From the NCBI GenBank assembly GCA_902519845.1, contig CABYLQ010000001.1, forward strand, positions 345,808 to 409,807: a stretch of DNA of 64,000 bases. The letters run 5' to 3'. A model generated the notes under the pieces. The model was not told the DNA's origin, searched no databases, and saw nothing but the letters and a program-made list of their open reading frames with translations. Of the stretch, positions 39,123 to 49,788 are shown piece by piece. The position numbers and the translations under genes were made by a program. This DNA is from an uncultured Candidatus Actinomarina sp. Its GTDB lineage: Bacteria; Actinomycetota; Acidimicrobiia; Actinomarinales; Actinomarinaceae. The first letter of the stretch is position 1, and each line of letters opens with the position of its first letter.

Positions 39123-39195
39123 GGGGCTGTAGCTCAGTTGGCAGAGCACGTGCATGGCATGCACGGGGTCAGGGGTTCAAATCCCCTCAGCTCCA
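39123..39195 (+). tRNA. tRNA-Ala (anticodon GGC)
   Basis: Acceptor GGGGCTG/CAGCTCC with G3.U70 identity pair; anticodon stem CGTGC/GCACG with loop atGGCat; T-arm GGTTCAAATCC. Confidence 0.8.
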
Positions 39196-39204
39196 CAAAC
39201 AAAT

Positions 39205-40452
39205 ATGAATTTAAAATATATTAAAGAAATATTTATTCAAACCAAAGAATTAATTGGTTCTCAGTCAGTAATTGCATTAATAAGTTTAATTCAAGTTTCA
39301 TATGTAGTTAAAAAGTTAGGCGTTGAAAATTTTGGAGTAATCGCATTATTAATAGCTATTCCAAATTTGGTCTTTCGATCAATTCATGCAAACCATAGTG
39401 ATGTTATTTTATTAACACTCAAAAATGGAAAAAATATTGTGTCAGAATCACTATTTTTAAATTTTATCCTAGGACTTTTTTCATTCACTCTTTCTATGTT
39501 TGTATTTCTAAATCCAATAAATCCATTATTCTCTATCAACCAGTTAACTTCAATAGACGTATTGCCAGTAACTATAGTCTTATATTTATTCTCAAAAATT
39601 TTTCAAACTTTTTCTGAAACTAGTAAAGGTATATTAGTTTTTAAAAACAAAATGAAAAGTTTTTCATTTTTAGAATCATCCTCTATAGTTTTTAGATTTG
39701 TTCTAATAATTATTCTTTTAGGGATAAGTCCAACAATCCAAAGTTATCTTTTTGCTAATATTTTTTATTTTTTATACTCTGGTTTTTTTAGTTTATTTTT
39801 AATTAAAAAAGAATATGAATTGAATAAATTTTCATACGACGAGTTCAAACAATTTGTGGTATCAATTAAAAGATCATTCAATAGGGTTAGGATAAATCAA
39901 ATAATTTCATTAATACCTCAACATTTTGATATTATCTTTTTGTCAGTAGTGAGTGATTTTGGGACAGTTGGAATTTATCAATTTGCCAAAAGGTTGGTAG
40001 AACCTATAAATTATGTAATTTATAGTTTTACACCATGGATTCAAAACAAACTTAAAAATAATTCAAAAGATTTTAATATACAATCTTTTGTAAAAATGAT
40101 TTTAATACCAATTAGTTTTCTCTTATTCTCACTGTATGTATTTTTAGGTGAATTCATTATTTTACAAATTGGATCAGAAAGTTTTTTAAATTCATACAAC
40201 CCAATGATTATCTTATGTATTGGGTTTATAATTTATTTACTCACATTTTGGATAAGACAATCTCTTTTATTAAATAATCTTATACATTTCCATTCATATG
40301 GAAGACTAATTTATTGTTCAGCTTTTTTAGTGCTATCTTCTTTTCTAGCCAATAGTTTTAAAGAAATAGGGATTTCTGCATCGTTAACAATAGCTATATT
40401 TTTACAAAAAACTTTTGAATATATAATTTATAGGAAAAAATTAAAATCTTAA
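39205..40452 (+). CDS. Polysaccharide biosynthesis membrane protein, Wzx-like flippase (MOP superfamily, ~12 TM)
   Basis: ~415 aa, uniformly hydrophobic multi-helix pattern; context with Wzy-like and GT genes. Start ATG 39205 (the ORF-table start 39154 overlaps tRNA-Ala). Confidence 0.5.
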   Translation: MNLKYIKEIFIQTKELIGSQSVIALISLIQVSYVVKKLGVENFGVIALLIAIPNLVFRSIHANHSDVILLTLKNGKNIVSESLFLNFILGLFSFTLSMFVFLNPINPLFSINQLTSIDVLPVTIVLYLFSKIFQTFSETSKGILVFKNKMKSFSFLESSSIVFRFVLIIILLGISPTIQSYLFANIFYFLYSGFFSLFLIKKEYELNKFSYDEFKQFVVSIKRSFNRVRINQIISLIPQHFDIIFLSVVSDFGTVGIYQFAKRLVEPINYVIYSFTPWIQNKLKNNSKDFNIQSFVKMILIPISFLLFSLYVFLGEFIILQIGSESFLNSYNPMIILCIGFIIYLLTFWIRQSLLLNNLIHFHSYGRLIYCSAFLVLSSFLANSFKEIGISASLTIAIFLQKTFEYIIYRKKLKS

Positions 40453-40482
40453 TTTTTTTTAAAAAGCATTAAAGTATTAACT

Positions 40483-41847
40483 ATGAAGCTAAATAAAAAT
40501 AATCTTTACTTAGCTATAACCTTTTTTTCAATACTTCTAATTTTTATGGATTCATATAGTTTTTTTTCTGTTCCTGTTTCGTGGATTGGGTTAAGTTTTT
40601 TAATCCTTCCTTCAGTTACAAATTTTAAGGATAAAAATTTTAGGCAATACTTTTTTTATATTGTTGCTTTTCTTTTCGTTCTCAATCTAAATAGCTTTAT
40701 AAATATAATCTATAATAAATTTGATTATTCTTTTGAACCATACAGCTTATTGAGGTATTTAAATTTAATTTCATTTTTTTTAGTATATTTTTTTGTTTTG
40801 AATTTTTTTAAAAATAAAAATTATTCAAAATTTTTACAATTTGTTAAATTGTTTGTTTATACCTATTCCTTAATAATTATTTACATATATTTTGCCCAAA
40901 TTTTTGATTTGTATGAACCATTAAGAAATAGAGCTAATACAAATTTACTTGGTAATTCTGCACAATCAACTTTTTGGTTATCTCAACCTCATAGGGCTAT
41001 GGGAACATTCAGAGAACCAATTTTTTTAGTAGCTTTTTACTATCCAATGGTTCTACTTTATTTCATCAATACAAAAGAAAACAACTATATCTTAGCAATA
41101 ATTTCTGGTGCATCTCTTGGATTAACAAGAAGTAATTATCTAAAACTTTATGTTCTAATATTTATAATTATTTTGATATTTTATTACTTTAAAAATAAAT
41201 ATATAAACATACCAATCTATATATTATTTTCGTCTATTTTTATTTTTTCCTCAATCGGGCTTTTAGAATGCAACGTAAATCAATCAAGTAAAGAGTGCAG
41301 AGAATATCCAGAGACAGTTGAAAAAATTAATTCTTCAGGTGACTTCAGAATACTTTCCGGAACTAATAACGATGAACCTTTTTTAGATCGTGATAGATCA
41401 AATGTTGTAGTTTTTTTCTTAGACAATATTACTAATTTAAAACCGGTTGGGATTCAAAATGTAACCTCAAAATATCAAGAACATTTTGTATCAGAAATTT
41501 CTGAAGAAATGTACTTTATCAATAGAACTTTGCCAAAGTATCTTTTGACAAGATATAATTCTCAAAATTTTCGTACTGGTTATTATTCATTATTAGACTC
41601 CAAGCCAAATGTTCAAAATCTTTTTGTTTTTTATACGATTGGATTTGGATATATTTTCTTATTATTTTTGTTTTTATATTTTTTAAACCTTTTTTTTACA
41701 AAGAAAATTAATTTTAATTTATTTCTTTATTTGTATATATTATCTTTCGTTTTAATGAGCCCAATTGAAGAAGTAAATGCATATTATGGATTACTTATTG
41801 GATTTGCAAAAATATTATTAAGTAAGAAAGAAAATGAATATATATAA
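40483..41847 (+). CDS. O-antigen polymerase/ligase-like polytopic membrane protein (Wzy/WaaL-like)
   Basis: 454 aa, >10 TM segments with a central larger loop containing R/G-rich patches (LGLTRSNYL); genomic context. Confidence 0.45.
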   Translation: MKLNKNNLYLAITFFSILLIFMDSYSFFSVPVSWIGLSFLILPSVTNFKDKNFRQYFFYIVAFLFVLNLNSFINIIYNKFDYSFEPYSLLRYLNLISFFLVYFFVLNFFKNKNYSKFLQFVKLFVYTYSLIIIYIYFAQIFDLYEPLRNRANTNLLGNSAQSTFWLSQPHRAMGTFREPIFLVAFYYPMVLLYFINTKENNYILAIISGASLGLTRSNYLKLYVLIFIIILIFYYFKNKYINIPIYILFSSIFIFSSIGLLECNVNQSSKECREYPETVEKINSSGDFRILSGTNNDEPFLDRDRSNVVVFFLDNITNLKPVGIQNVTSKYQEHFVSEISEEMYFINRTLPKYLLTRYNSQNFRTGYYSLLDSKPNVQNLFVFYTIGFGYIFLLFLFLYFLNLFFTKKINFNLFLYLYILSFVLMSPIEEVNAYYGLLIGFAKILLSKKENEYI

Positions 41848-42904
41848 CTTTTCACCAGGTCCAGCTAGATTAGATCCTTCTATTATTAGTAAGTCCCAAG
41901 AGGCAATAGCTAATTATCAAAAAACTGGTTTATCAATTCTAGAGATTGGTCACAGATCTCAAGATTTTGAGACATTAGTAAACTCTCTTCAAGAAAATAT
42001 GATAAATATTTTTAATATTCCATCCAATTATTTCACTCTTCTCTTGCAAGGGGGGGCAACATATCAGAATACATTTATCGCTAATAACTTTGATAAAGAA
42101 AATAAACTTTTAGGATGCCTAGTAACAGGAACATGGGGGAGGTACTCAGTTGAAGATTTTTCAAAAATTAGAGATACAAAAATAATTGAAGTAAGTGAGA
42201 ATGAAATTGAAAATTATGTTCAAACACCATGGGATCTTGAAGGTGTTGATTATTTGCACCTAACGTCAAACGAGACAATAAATGGAGTTCAATTAAGAGA
42301 ATTCAATAAAATTCAGCATGATTCATTACTCATTGATATGTCCTCAGATATTGGTTCTTATAGTTTTGAATGGGACAATGTAGCTTATATTTATGCAGGA
42401 GCTCAAAAAAATATGGGCATTCCAGGTGTCTCAATTTGTATTGGAAATGAAAAGTATTTAAATTCAGAAGATAATACTAGATACCTCAATCTTGGACAAT
42501 TGGTAGAAAAGAAGTCTTTGTTGAACACACCCCCTACTTTTTCGATATACGTCCTAAAGCTTGTAACCGATTGGATGATTGCAATGGGAGGTATAAAACA
42601 TTTTGAAGAGAAATCAACTAAACAATCATCAAGACTATATGAACAATTAGGGAGCTATGGGGATTTTATAAACTTACCTGTGAGTGACTATTCAAAAAGT
42701 AGATCCAATATTATTTTTAAATTTAAAAATGAGGATTTGGAAAAAAAATTTCTTATAGAAGGAACTGAAAAAGGAATACTTGGGTTGAATGGACATAGAA
42801 GCGAGGGGGGAATAAGAATTAGCCTTTACAATTCAATTACAGATGAGATGGTCGATTACTTGTCAGAATTTATGGACAAATTTTTTGCAGATAATGGAAA
42901 ATAA
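41834..42904 (+). CDS. serC: Phosphoserine aminotransferase-like class V aminotransferase (SerC family)
   Basis: N-terminal NFSPGPA...EIGHRSQDF...PSNY..LLLQGGAT closely follows the SerC pattern (NFSAGPA...SHRGKEF...P.NY.VLF..GG). 356 aa. Confidence 0.7.
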   Translation: MNIYNFSPGPARLDPSIISKSQEAIANYQKTGLSILEIGHRSQDFETLVNSLQENMINIFNIPSNYFTLLLQGGATYQNTFIANNFDKENKLLGCLVTGTWGRYSVEDFSKIRDTKIIEVSENEIENYVQTPWDLEGVDYLHLTSNETINGVQLREFNKIQHDSLLIDMSSDIGSYSFEWDNVAYIYAGAQKNMGIPGVSICIGNEKYLNSEDNTRYLNLGQLVEKKSLLNTPPTFSIYVLKLVTDWMIAMGGIKHFEEKSTKQSSRLYEQLGSYGDFINLPVSDYSKSRSNIIFKFKNEDLEKKFLIEGTEKGILGLNGHRSEGGIRISLYNSITDEMVDYLSEFMDKFFADNGK

Positions 42905-43541
42905 TAACTTCACAGCTTATCAATTTGAAAACTATGACGTTGAGGGTCTAAAACTTGAAATTAATTTTTCAAATACCGACTTTATCGAGATAAAGACGCA
43001 TGAAGAAATAAATTCCCCAATTGAAAACATCGAAGAATCTTTTGAGCCACTTTTATTTGGAATTGATATGAATATAACAAATATCAGTAATGTAAATGAT
43101 TTAAGAGGCAAGAAAATGATTCTTCTAGACGGGCATCATCGATATGAATACTTGAAAAGAAATGATATTGAAAAATCAATTGAAATAGTTCTTATTTCAA
43201 TTGATGATATAGAAATTCTTTCTTACCCATCACGTTTAACAATTAGAAAAAAAGAATTTGAGGATATTCTTGAAAATTATAATTTTTCAAACAATGCCTC
43301 TTCAAAATTCTTTGTTTCATTAGATGATGTTAAATTTTTCAATGAGGAAATCGAGGACATTTATCAACTTTATGAATTTAAAAATTTCTGTTACGTCAAC
43401 AAGTATATAAGTTCAGCGGTCGATGAACATCAATCTAACGATGAAATAATTGTAAATTTTACCCCCATAGAAGTATCTGAAATTGAAGAAAACGACTCTC
43501 TTTTTCCTCCAAAATCTACATGGATAACTCCAAGATTATGA
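42894..43541 (+). CDS. Hypothetical acidic protein (215 aa) with a DGHHR motif reminiscent of ParB/Srx-fold (DGQHR-type) domains
   Basis: KMILLDGHHRYEYLKRND. Start ATG 42894, overlapping the serC stop. No other recognisable domain. Confidence 0.35.
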   Translation: MENNNFTAYQFENYDVEGLKLEINFSNTDFIEIKTHEEINSPIENIEESFEPLLFGIDMNITNISNVNDLRGKKMILLDGHHRYEYLKRNDIEKSIEIVLISIDDIEILSYPSRLTIRKKEFEDILENYNFSNNASSKFFVSLDDVKFFNEEIEDIYQLYEFKNFCYVNKYISSAVDEHQSNDEIIVNFTPIEVSEIEENDSLFPPKSTWITPRL

Positions 43542-44644
43542 AAATTTGTCACGTTATAAATTCTTTAAACAGGGGAGGCGCCGAATCGCATTTGTTGGAC
43601 TTAATTAATGCACAGCTAAATGATGGGATGGATGTCCATGTAACTGTAATTGGCGAAGATAACACTGAATCATATTCAATAGAGAGCGAACTACTTAAAA
43701 ATGGAATTAACATTACAAGACTTAATGGTCCGAGAATGTTCAATTTATTTTCCTATTTTTCAATGTATTCAAAATTCAGAAATGAAAAATTTGATATTAT
43801 CCACTCACATCAACCTCGGAGCGATTTTATGGTTTTTAGAATAAATAAATATTTATCAAAAAAAAGTAAATGGATTGTAAGTGTTCATGGAAAATATGAT
43901 ACATATCTAGAAAAAGGTAGTTTAAGTAACAACTTAAGAAAATACTTTATGAAGAGACTCTCTAAACATTGGCAATCTGCTTCTTCGATAATTGCAATTT
44001 CTGAGGAAGTAAAAAGTTGGATTGAAAATCTTAATCATGAATTGAATGTTGAGGTCATACCATATTGGATAGATATTAAAAATTCTAAAACTTTTGAAAA
44101 AAAAGGTACCGTAACACTTGGATTTCTTGGAAGACTAAATGCCAATAAAGGGATAGAAGACCTACTTAATGCACTTAATTCATACCAGCTTAAATCACTT
44201 GATTTTAAATTAATGATTGGTGGAAGTGGGACCGAAGAGTATTTAGAAAAATTACGAAATATGATCGACCAAGACAAAACTGAAAAAGTAAATTTTCTTG
44301 GATATATAGAAAATAGAGAAGAATTCTTTAATAATATAGATATATTTGTATTTCCATCTTTTTCAGAGGGTTTAGGTTTAGTACTTCTTGAAGCTATGAG
44401 TTTTTCAAAGATTTGCTTAACAAGAAATATTTTGCCAATGACAAATTATATAGATGAAGATTCGGGTTATTTGTTTGATGATGTTGATGGATTATCAAAT
44501 TCAATAGTTTCATCTATTCAAGATTTAGAAAACAATATTGAGTTAATACAAAAAAAATTGTTTAATATTGAAAAGAAATTAGAAAAATCAAGTAAGGAAA
44601 ATATATTTCCAAAATTAGTAAAGGTATATGAACAGTCAATTTGA
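43520..44644 (+). CDS. Glycosyltransferase family 1 (GT-B, GT4-like)
   Basis: N-terminal [12 protein letters not shown]; C-terminal [12 protein letters not shown] (E-x7-E region) typical of GT1. Confidence 0.8.
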   Translation: MDNSKIMKICHVINSLNRGGAESHLLDLINAQLNDGMDVHVTVIGEDNTESYSIESELLKNGINITRLNGPRMFNLFSYFSMYSKFRNEKFDIIHSHQPRSDFMVFRINKYLSKKSKWIVSVHGKYDTYLEKGSLSNNLRKYFMKRLSKHWQSASSIIAISEEVKSWIENLNHELNVEVIPYWIDIKNSKTFEKKGTVTLGFLGRLNANKGIEDLLNALNSYQLKSLDFKLMIGGSGTEEYLEKLRNMIDQDKTEKVNFLGYIENREEFFNNIDIFVFPSFSEGLGLVLLEAMSFSKICLTRNILPMTNYIDEDSGYLFDDVDGLSNSIVSSIQDLENNIELIQKKLFNIEKKLEKSSKENIFPKLVKVYEQSI

Positions 44645-47066
44645 ATATAGTAAAATAGAAAAGAAATGGCAAGATCACTGGGAAAATAGTGAAACTGTTA
44701 AGTGTGACTTAAAATCTGATAAACCAAAATTTTACAACCTTTGTATGTACCCCTATCCCTCAGGCGATTTGCATATGGGACACATAAGGAATTATACGAT
44801 CGGTGATGTTATTACAAGGTATAAACAAATGAATGGCTTTAATGTTTTATCTCCTATGGGCTGGGATTCATTTGGTCTTCCTGCCGAAAATGCAGCAATT
44901 AAAACTGGTATTCATCCAAGAGAATTTACAGAAGAAAGAATTGCAAATATGAAATCTCAAATTATCAGATTAGGTTCTTTATATGATTGGGATAGGGAAG
45001 TTGCAGCCCACTCTGTTGATTATTACAAATGGACTCAATATCTATTTATAAAATTGTTTGAAAATGATTTGGCTTACAAGGAGGACGCACCAGTAAATTG
45101 GTGTAATTCATGCAGAACAGTTCTAGCTAATGAACAAGTTATAGAAGGATCATGTGAGAGATGTGATACAGCAGTTGAGCCCAAAAATTTAAACCAATGG
45201 TTTCTAAAAATATCCGAATATTCTGAAGAATTATTACAAGGCCTTGATGAGATTGGTGATTGGCCAGAAAACGTGAAGACAATGCAAAGAAACTGGATTG
45301 GAAAATCTGAAGGCTCTCAGTTTGAATTAAACATAATTGGAACAGACCTTACTTTTGATGTTTTCACAACAAGACCTGATACATTGTTTGGGATGACTTT
45401 TGCTGTAATATCTCCAGAGCATGAATTAATCAACGAAATTATGGAACAATCCGATAAAAAGGACGAGATACAAAATTATTTAGACTCGATTGTAAATAAG
45501 TCAGAATTCGAGAGAATGTCTATTACAAAAGAAAAAACTGGAGTGGATACCATTTTGAAAGTTACGAATCCAATCACAAATGAGGAAGTACCTTTATGGA
45601 TAGCAGACTATGTTCTTGTAAACTATGGAACCGGTGCGATTATGGCTGTTCCAGCTCACGATGAAAGAGATTATGAATTCGCAAAAAAATACGATATTGA
45701 AATTAGACAGGTAATTATAGATAAAGAAAAAACAATAAATGTAGGCAAAGAGGCCTTTACTGGTAATGGAGTCCTTATCAATTCTGGAGAGTTCAATGAC
45801 TTAAGCTCTCACGAAGAAGCAAGTAAAAAGGTAAATGAATTTTTAGTAAAAAATAAGATTGGCGATGAAAAAACAACATATCGTTTGAGAGATTGGTTAA
45901 TCAGTAGACAGAGGTATTGGGGCTGTCCAATTCCATTAATCAATTGTGAAGACTGTGGATTATTACCAGAAAAATATGAAAATTTACCAGTATTACTTCC
46001 AGAAATTAAAGATTATATAAATACAGATGGATCTCCTCTATCCAAGAGTAAAGAATTTGTTGAAACTGATTGTCCAAAATGTTCTAAGAAAGCTCTTCGT
46101 GAAACTGACACTATGGATACTTTTGTAGATTCATCCTGGTATTACATGAGGTTTTTAGATCCTAAGAATGAAAAAGAACCTTTTAATTCTAACTTTATTA
46201 ATGAATGGTTACCGGTTGATCAGTATATTGGCGGAGTAGAGCATGCAATTTTACATTTATTGTATTCTCGCTTTTTTGTGAAAGCCCTTCGCGATCTTGG
46301 TCTAATGACTATTGACGAACCTTTTCACAATTTATTTTCTCAAGGCATGATAAATTTTGGAGGGGCAAAAATGTCAAAATCTAAAGGTAATATTGTAGAC
46401 CCCGAAGAATATTTTGCAACACATGGAGCAGACGCTCTCCGATTATATATTTTGTTTATGGCACCTCCCAGCGATGGGGTTGAATGGAATGATGGAGGTA
46501 TTGAGGGTACTAAACGCTTTTTAAATAAACTATGGGACAACTTGTTAAAAATCATAAATCAAGAAGATACAGAAAAAGAATTAAGTGAGGAGGATAATTC
46601 CTTAGAAAGAAAAATAAATCAGACTATTAAATCAGTTACCCAACATTTTGAAAAGTTCGAATTTAATACTGCTGTATCTGATTTAATGAAATTTAATAAT
46701 GACCTTAGTGAATATTTAAAACATGACTCTATTTTGCCAAAAGAATTAAAAGATGTACTCATAAAAAATATACTTATACTTTTATATCCCATGTCTCCGC
46801 ATATGGCATCTGAAATTTATGAAAGTTATTTTAAAAGTGATATAAGTACTGAGGAATGGGCAAATTATGATGATTCAAAATTAGAGAACCCTATGTATGA
46901 ATTAGTTGTACAAATAAATGGTAAAAAAAAGCATGCAATTATGGTTGAAACAGGAATTGAAGAAGATGATGCAATTACATTGTGTGAAAGTAATTTCGAT
47001 ATAAACTTTAAAGAAGCAAAAAAAATAATTTTTATAAAAGACAAAATAATTAATATAGTGCAATAA
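44628..47066 (+). CDS. leuS: Leucine--tRNA ligase
   Basis: 812 aa class I aaRS; HMGH ([11 protein letters not shown]) and KMSKS ([11 protein letters not shown]); CP1 editing domain. Confidence 0.92.
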   Translation: MNSQFEYSKIEKKWQDHWENSETVKCDLKSDKPKFYNLCMYPYPSGDLHMGHIRNYTIGDVITRYKQMNGFNVLSPMGWDSFGLPAENAAIKTGIHPREFTEERIANMKSQIIRLGSLYDWDREVAAHSVDYYKWTQYLFIKLFENDLAYKEDAPVNWCNSCRTVLANEQVIEGSCERCDTAVEPKNLNQWFLKISEYSEELLQGLDEIGDWPENVKTMQRNWIGKSEGSQFELNIIGTDLTFDVFTTRPDTLFGMTFAVISPEHELINEIMEQSDKKDEIQNYLDSIVNKSEFERMSITKEKTGVDTILKVTNPITNEEVPLWIADYVLVNYGTGAIMAVPAHDERDYEFAKKYDIEIRQVIIDKEKTINVGKEAFTGNGVLINSGEFNDLSSHEEASKKVNEFLVKNKIGDEKTTYRLRDWLISRQRYWGCPIPLINCEDCGLLPEKYENLPVLLPEIKDYINTDGSPLSKSKEFVETDCPKCSKKALRETDTMDTFVDSSWYYMRFLDPKNEKEPFNSNFINEWLPVDQYIGGVEHAILHLLYSRFFVKALRDLGLMTIDEPFHNLFSQGMINFGGAKMSKSKGNIVDPEEYFATHGADALRLYILFMAPPSDGVEWNDGGIEGTKRFLNKLWDNLLKIINQEDTEKELSEEDNSLERKINQTIKSVTQHFEKFEFNTAVSDLMKFNNDLSEYLKHDSILPKELKDVLIKNILILLYPMSPHMASEIYESYFKSDISTEEWANYDDSKLENPMYELVVQINGKKKHAIMVETGIEEDDAITLCESNFDINFKEAKKIIFIKDKIINIVQ

Positions 47067-47744
47067 GTGACAAAATTAATAATAGCCGAAGCCTTGATTT
47101 CAGATGTAAATGAAATTAAATCAGAGATTGATAGTGATGAAAACATTATTTCAATATCTAAGAATGAATTTATTGAAAGTAATAATGCAGCACTTTTTAA
47201 AAATGAAAGCTATCAATTTATCGAAGATGAATTTCTTACATTTAACGAGTTAAAAAAATTAAATTACAACTTTGATGATAAATATATATTTCAAGTTAAA
47301 AAATCAAATTTAAAATCATTCTCTGAAGTTTCAAGTCTTATTCAAACATTTTTTCCAGACAAAAAGAAGAACTTAGATATTTATCCCTGGGATCTTGTAA
47401 ATATTATTTTTTCTAATCAAAAAAAAATTACTAATGAAATTTTGGATAAATTTTGTAGTCGTGAAATCGTTTTTAGACAGTTTCTAACCTATTTCAATAA
47501 AGAATTACAAAGGATTTCACTACTTGACAAATATGAGCAAGAGGAAGTATCAGAGCTTTTGTCCGAAAAAATTGATTATAAATATGAACTCGCTGAAAAA
47601 AGAAAAAGTAAGTTATCTTCAGATGACGTTAGTAATTCACTAGTAATGATATATAAAATAGAAAAACTGAATTCGGACACTAAATTTAGTGAAGAAAATG
47701 CAAAAAGATTTATCGTATCTATTAAAAATGTTTTACAATTTTGA
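47067..47744 (+). CDS. Hypothetical protein (225 aa, GTG start); by position possibly a reduced DNA polymerase III delta subunit (holA)-like gene
   Basis: Lies between leuS and rpsT, where Actinobacteria usually carry comEA-comEC-holA. No motif recognised; assignment by synteny only. Confidence 0.3.
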   Translation: MTKLIIAEALISDVNEIKSEIDSDENIISISKNEFIESNNAALFKNESYQFIEDEFLTFNELKKLNYNFDDKYIFQVKKSNLKSFSEVSSLIQTFFPDKKKNLDIYPWDLVNIIFSNQKKITNEILDKFCSREIVFRQFLTYFNKELQRISLLDKYEQEEVSELLSEKIDYKYELAEKRKSKLSSDDVSNSLVMIYKIEKLNSDTKFSEENAKRFIVSIKNVLQF

Positions 47745-47969
47745 AATTTTTGATTTATTTCTATCTCTAAAGTTTTTAGTGACTATTCCATTTGTATAGG
47801 CTCTGTCAAGATTTCTGATAACAGTATCTTTCATATCTTTTTCAACTGTACCTTCAGAATTTAAAATTGCTTTTATAGACGAACGAAGAGCTGTCTTTTT
47901 GTCCTTATTTCTAAGGTTTTTCTTTTCGTCTTGTCTTATTCTTTTTTTTTGAGAACTAATATTTGCCAT
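47733..47969 (-). CDS. rpsT: 30S ribosomal protein S20
   Basis: 78 aa; MANISSQKKRIRQ...NKDKKTALRS is an S20 signature; divergent from lepA. Confidence 0.85.
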   Translation of the reverse strand: MANISSQKKRIRQDEKKNLRNKDKKTALRSSIKAILNSEGTVEKDMKDTVIRNLDRAYTNGIVTKNFRDRNKSKISKL

Positions 47970-48008
47970 CTAAAACCTCTTGGTATATAAGATAATAACT
48001 TATTAAAG

Positions 48009-49787
48009 ATGTTAACAAATAAAAATATAAGAAATATTTCTATTATTGCTCATGTAGATCATGGTAAATCTACTTTAGCTGACAGATTAATTGAATTATC
48101 TGGATTAATCACCCGTGGAGATCATAATGACCAAATTTTGGACAATATGGATCTTGAAAGAGAGCGTGGAATTACCATCAAATCTCAACCGATAAGATTA
48201 ATCTTTGACGATTTGATTATAAACCTAATTGATACTCCTGGTCATGTTGACTTTTCTTATGAGGTATCAAGAGCATTAATTGCTTGCGATGGAGCTATCT
48301 TATTGGTGGATGGAACAAAAGGAGTTCAAGCTCAAACTTTTGCACATTCTTACGCAGCGATTGAAGCTGGACTTGATATTATTCCTGTGATCAACAAAAT
48401 AGACTCTGTAGATGCAGATATTCATAATGTCTCACAACAAATACATAATCTTATAGGTTCAAATGATGAAGAAATATTTAATATTTCAGCTAAAACAGGA
48501 AAGGGAGTGGAGGACCTTATCAAAGAAATTCCAAACTTAATTACCCCACCTGAAGAAAAGTCTGAGAAAGTAAATGCATTAATTTTTGACTCATATTTCG
48601 ATTCTTATAAAGGAGTTGTAGCTTCAGTAAGAGTATTTGGTGGTGAAATAAAAAAGGAAATGAATTTAAAACTTGTAAATTCAGGTTTCAAATTTGATAC
48701 AAATGAGTTGGGATATTTTGACCTTGATCCAAAAAAATCAGATAATTTAAAATTTGGAGAAGTTGGGTACATTGTGACAGGAGCAAAAGATTTATCTCAA
48801 ATCAGAGTCGGAGATACTTTAGTTGCAGGAGACGATGAAAAACCAATTATATTATCAGAATATGAGGAGTCTCAACCAACTGTATTTTCAAGTATTTTTC
48901 CTTCAGATTCTGACGATTTTACCAAATTAAGAGAATCATTAGATAAATATGTACTCAACGACGCAAGTTTTGTTTTTGAACCAGAGACTTCCTCAGCATT
49001 TGGATTTGGATTTAGATGTGGTTTCTTGGGATTGTTGCATCTAGAGATAGTTATTGAAAGATTAGAAAGAGAATTTGATTTATCTTTGATTGTTACCCCA
49101 CCTTCCGTTGAGTTTAAAATGATTAGAAACAATGATGAAGAAAGAGTAATAAGGAATCCTTCAATACTTGATGAATACACTGATATCAAAAAACTTCAAG
49201 AAAGAGTTTGCGAAGTAGATTTATTGTTTCCTAAAGAATATCTTGGATCAATTATGACTTTGCTAAATGATAAGAGGGGAGTTCAAGAAGATTTAAGTTA
49301 TTTAAGCACAACAATGGTAAAACTTAAATATAAAATTCCTTTACTTGAACTTGTCTCTGGATTTTACGATACCCTGAAATCAATTTCTCAAGGTTTTGCT
49401 TCCATTGATTACAAGATTCTTGATTTTGAAGATGGAAATTTAGTTAAACTTGATATCTTAGTCAATGGAATGGTTGTTGATTCTTTTAGCTCAATTCTAT
49501 CAAAAGAAAGTGCAGATTTTATTGGAAGAAATAGAGTAAAAAAGTTGGCAGAATTAATACCTCGTCAACAATTTGACATTCCAATTCAAGCAGCAATTGG
49601 ATCAAGAATATTATCGAGAGAAACTGTTAAAGCCCTAAGAAAAGATGTTACCGCCAAACTTTATGGTGGAGATGTTACCAGAAAAAGGAAATTGCTTGAA
49701 AAGCAAAAAGAAGGAAAAAAGAAGATGCGAAATATTGGAAGTGTAGAAGTTCCAAAAGAAGCATTTAAAGAATTCTTAAAACAATAA
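48009..49787 (+). CDS. lepA: Elongation factor 4 (LepA)
   Basis: G-domain motifs (AHVDHGKST; DTPGHVDF; NKID); LepA C-terminal domain; 592 aa. Confidence 0.92.
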   Translation: MLTNKNIRNISIIAHVDHGKSTLADRLIELSGLITRGDHNDQILDNMDLERERGITIKSQPIRLIFDDLIINLIDTPGHVDFSYEVSRALIACDGAILLVDGTKGVQAQTFAHSYAAIEAGLDIIPVINKIDSVDADIHNVSQQIHNLIGSNDEEIFNISAKTGKGVEDLIKEIPNLITPPEEKSEKVNALIFDSYFDSYKGVVASVRVFGGEIKKEMNLKLVNSGFKFDTNELGYFDLDPKKSDNLKFGEVGYIVTGAKDLSQIRVGDTLVAGDDEKPIILSEYEESQPTVFSSIFPSDSDDFTKLRESLDKYVLNDASFVFEPETSSAFGFGFRCGFLGLLHLEIVIERLEREFDLSLIVTPPSVEFKMIRNNDEERVIRNPSILDEYTDIKKLQERVCEVDLLFPKEYLGSIMTLLNDKRGVQEDLSYLSTTMVKLKYKIPLLELVSGFYDTLKSISQGFASIDYKILDFEDGNLVKLDILVNGMVVDSFSSILSKESADFIGRNRVKKLAELIPRQQFDIPIQAAIGSRILSRETVKALRKDVTAKLYGGDVTRKRKLLEKQKEGKKKMRNIGSVEVPKEAFKEFLKQ

Positions 49788-49788
49788 T

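Noticed and set aside
39154-39204. ORF-table start of the Wzx-like gene at 39154 (MACTGSGVQIPSAPQT...)
   Set aside because: Overlaps tRNA-Ala (39123-39195). ATG 39205 is used instead.
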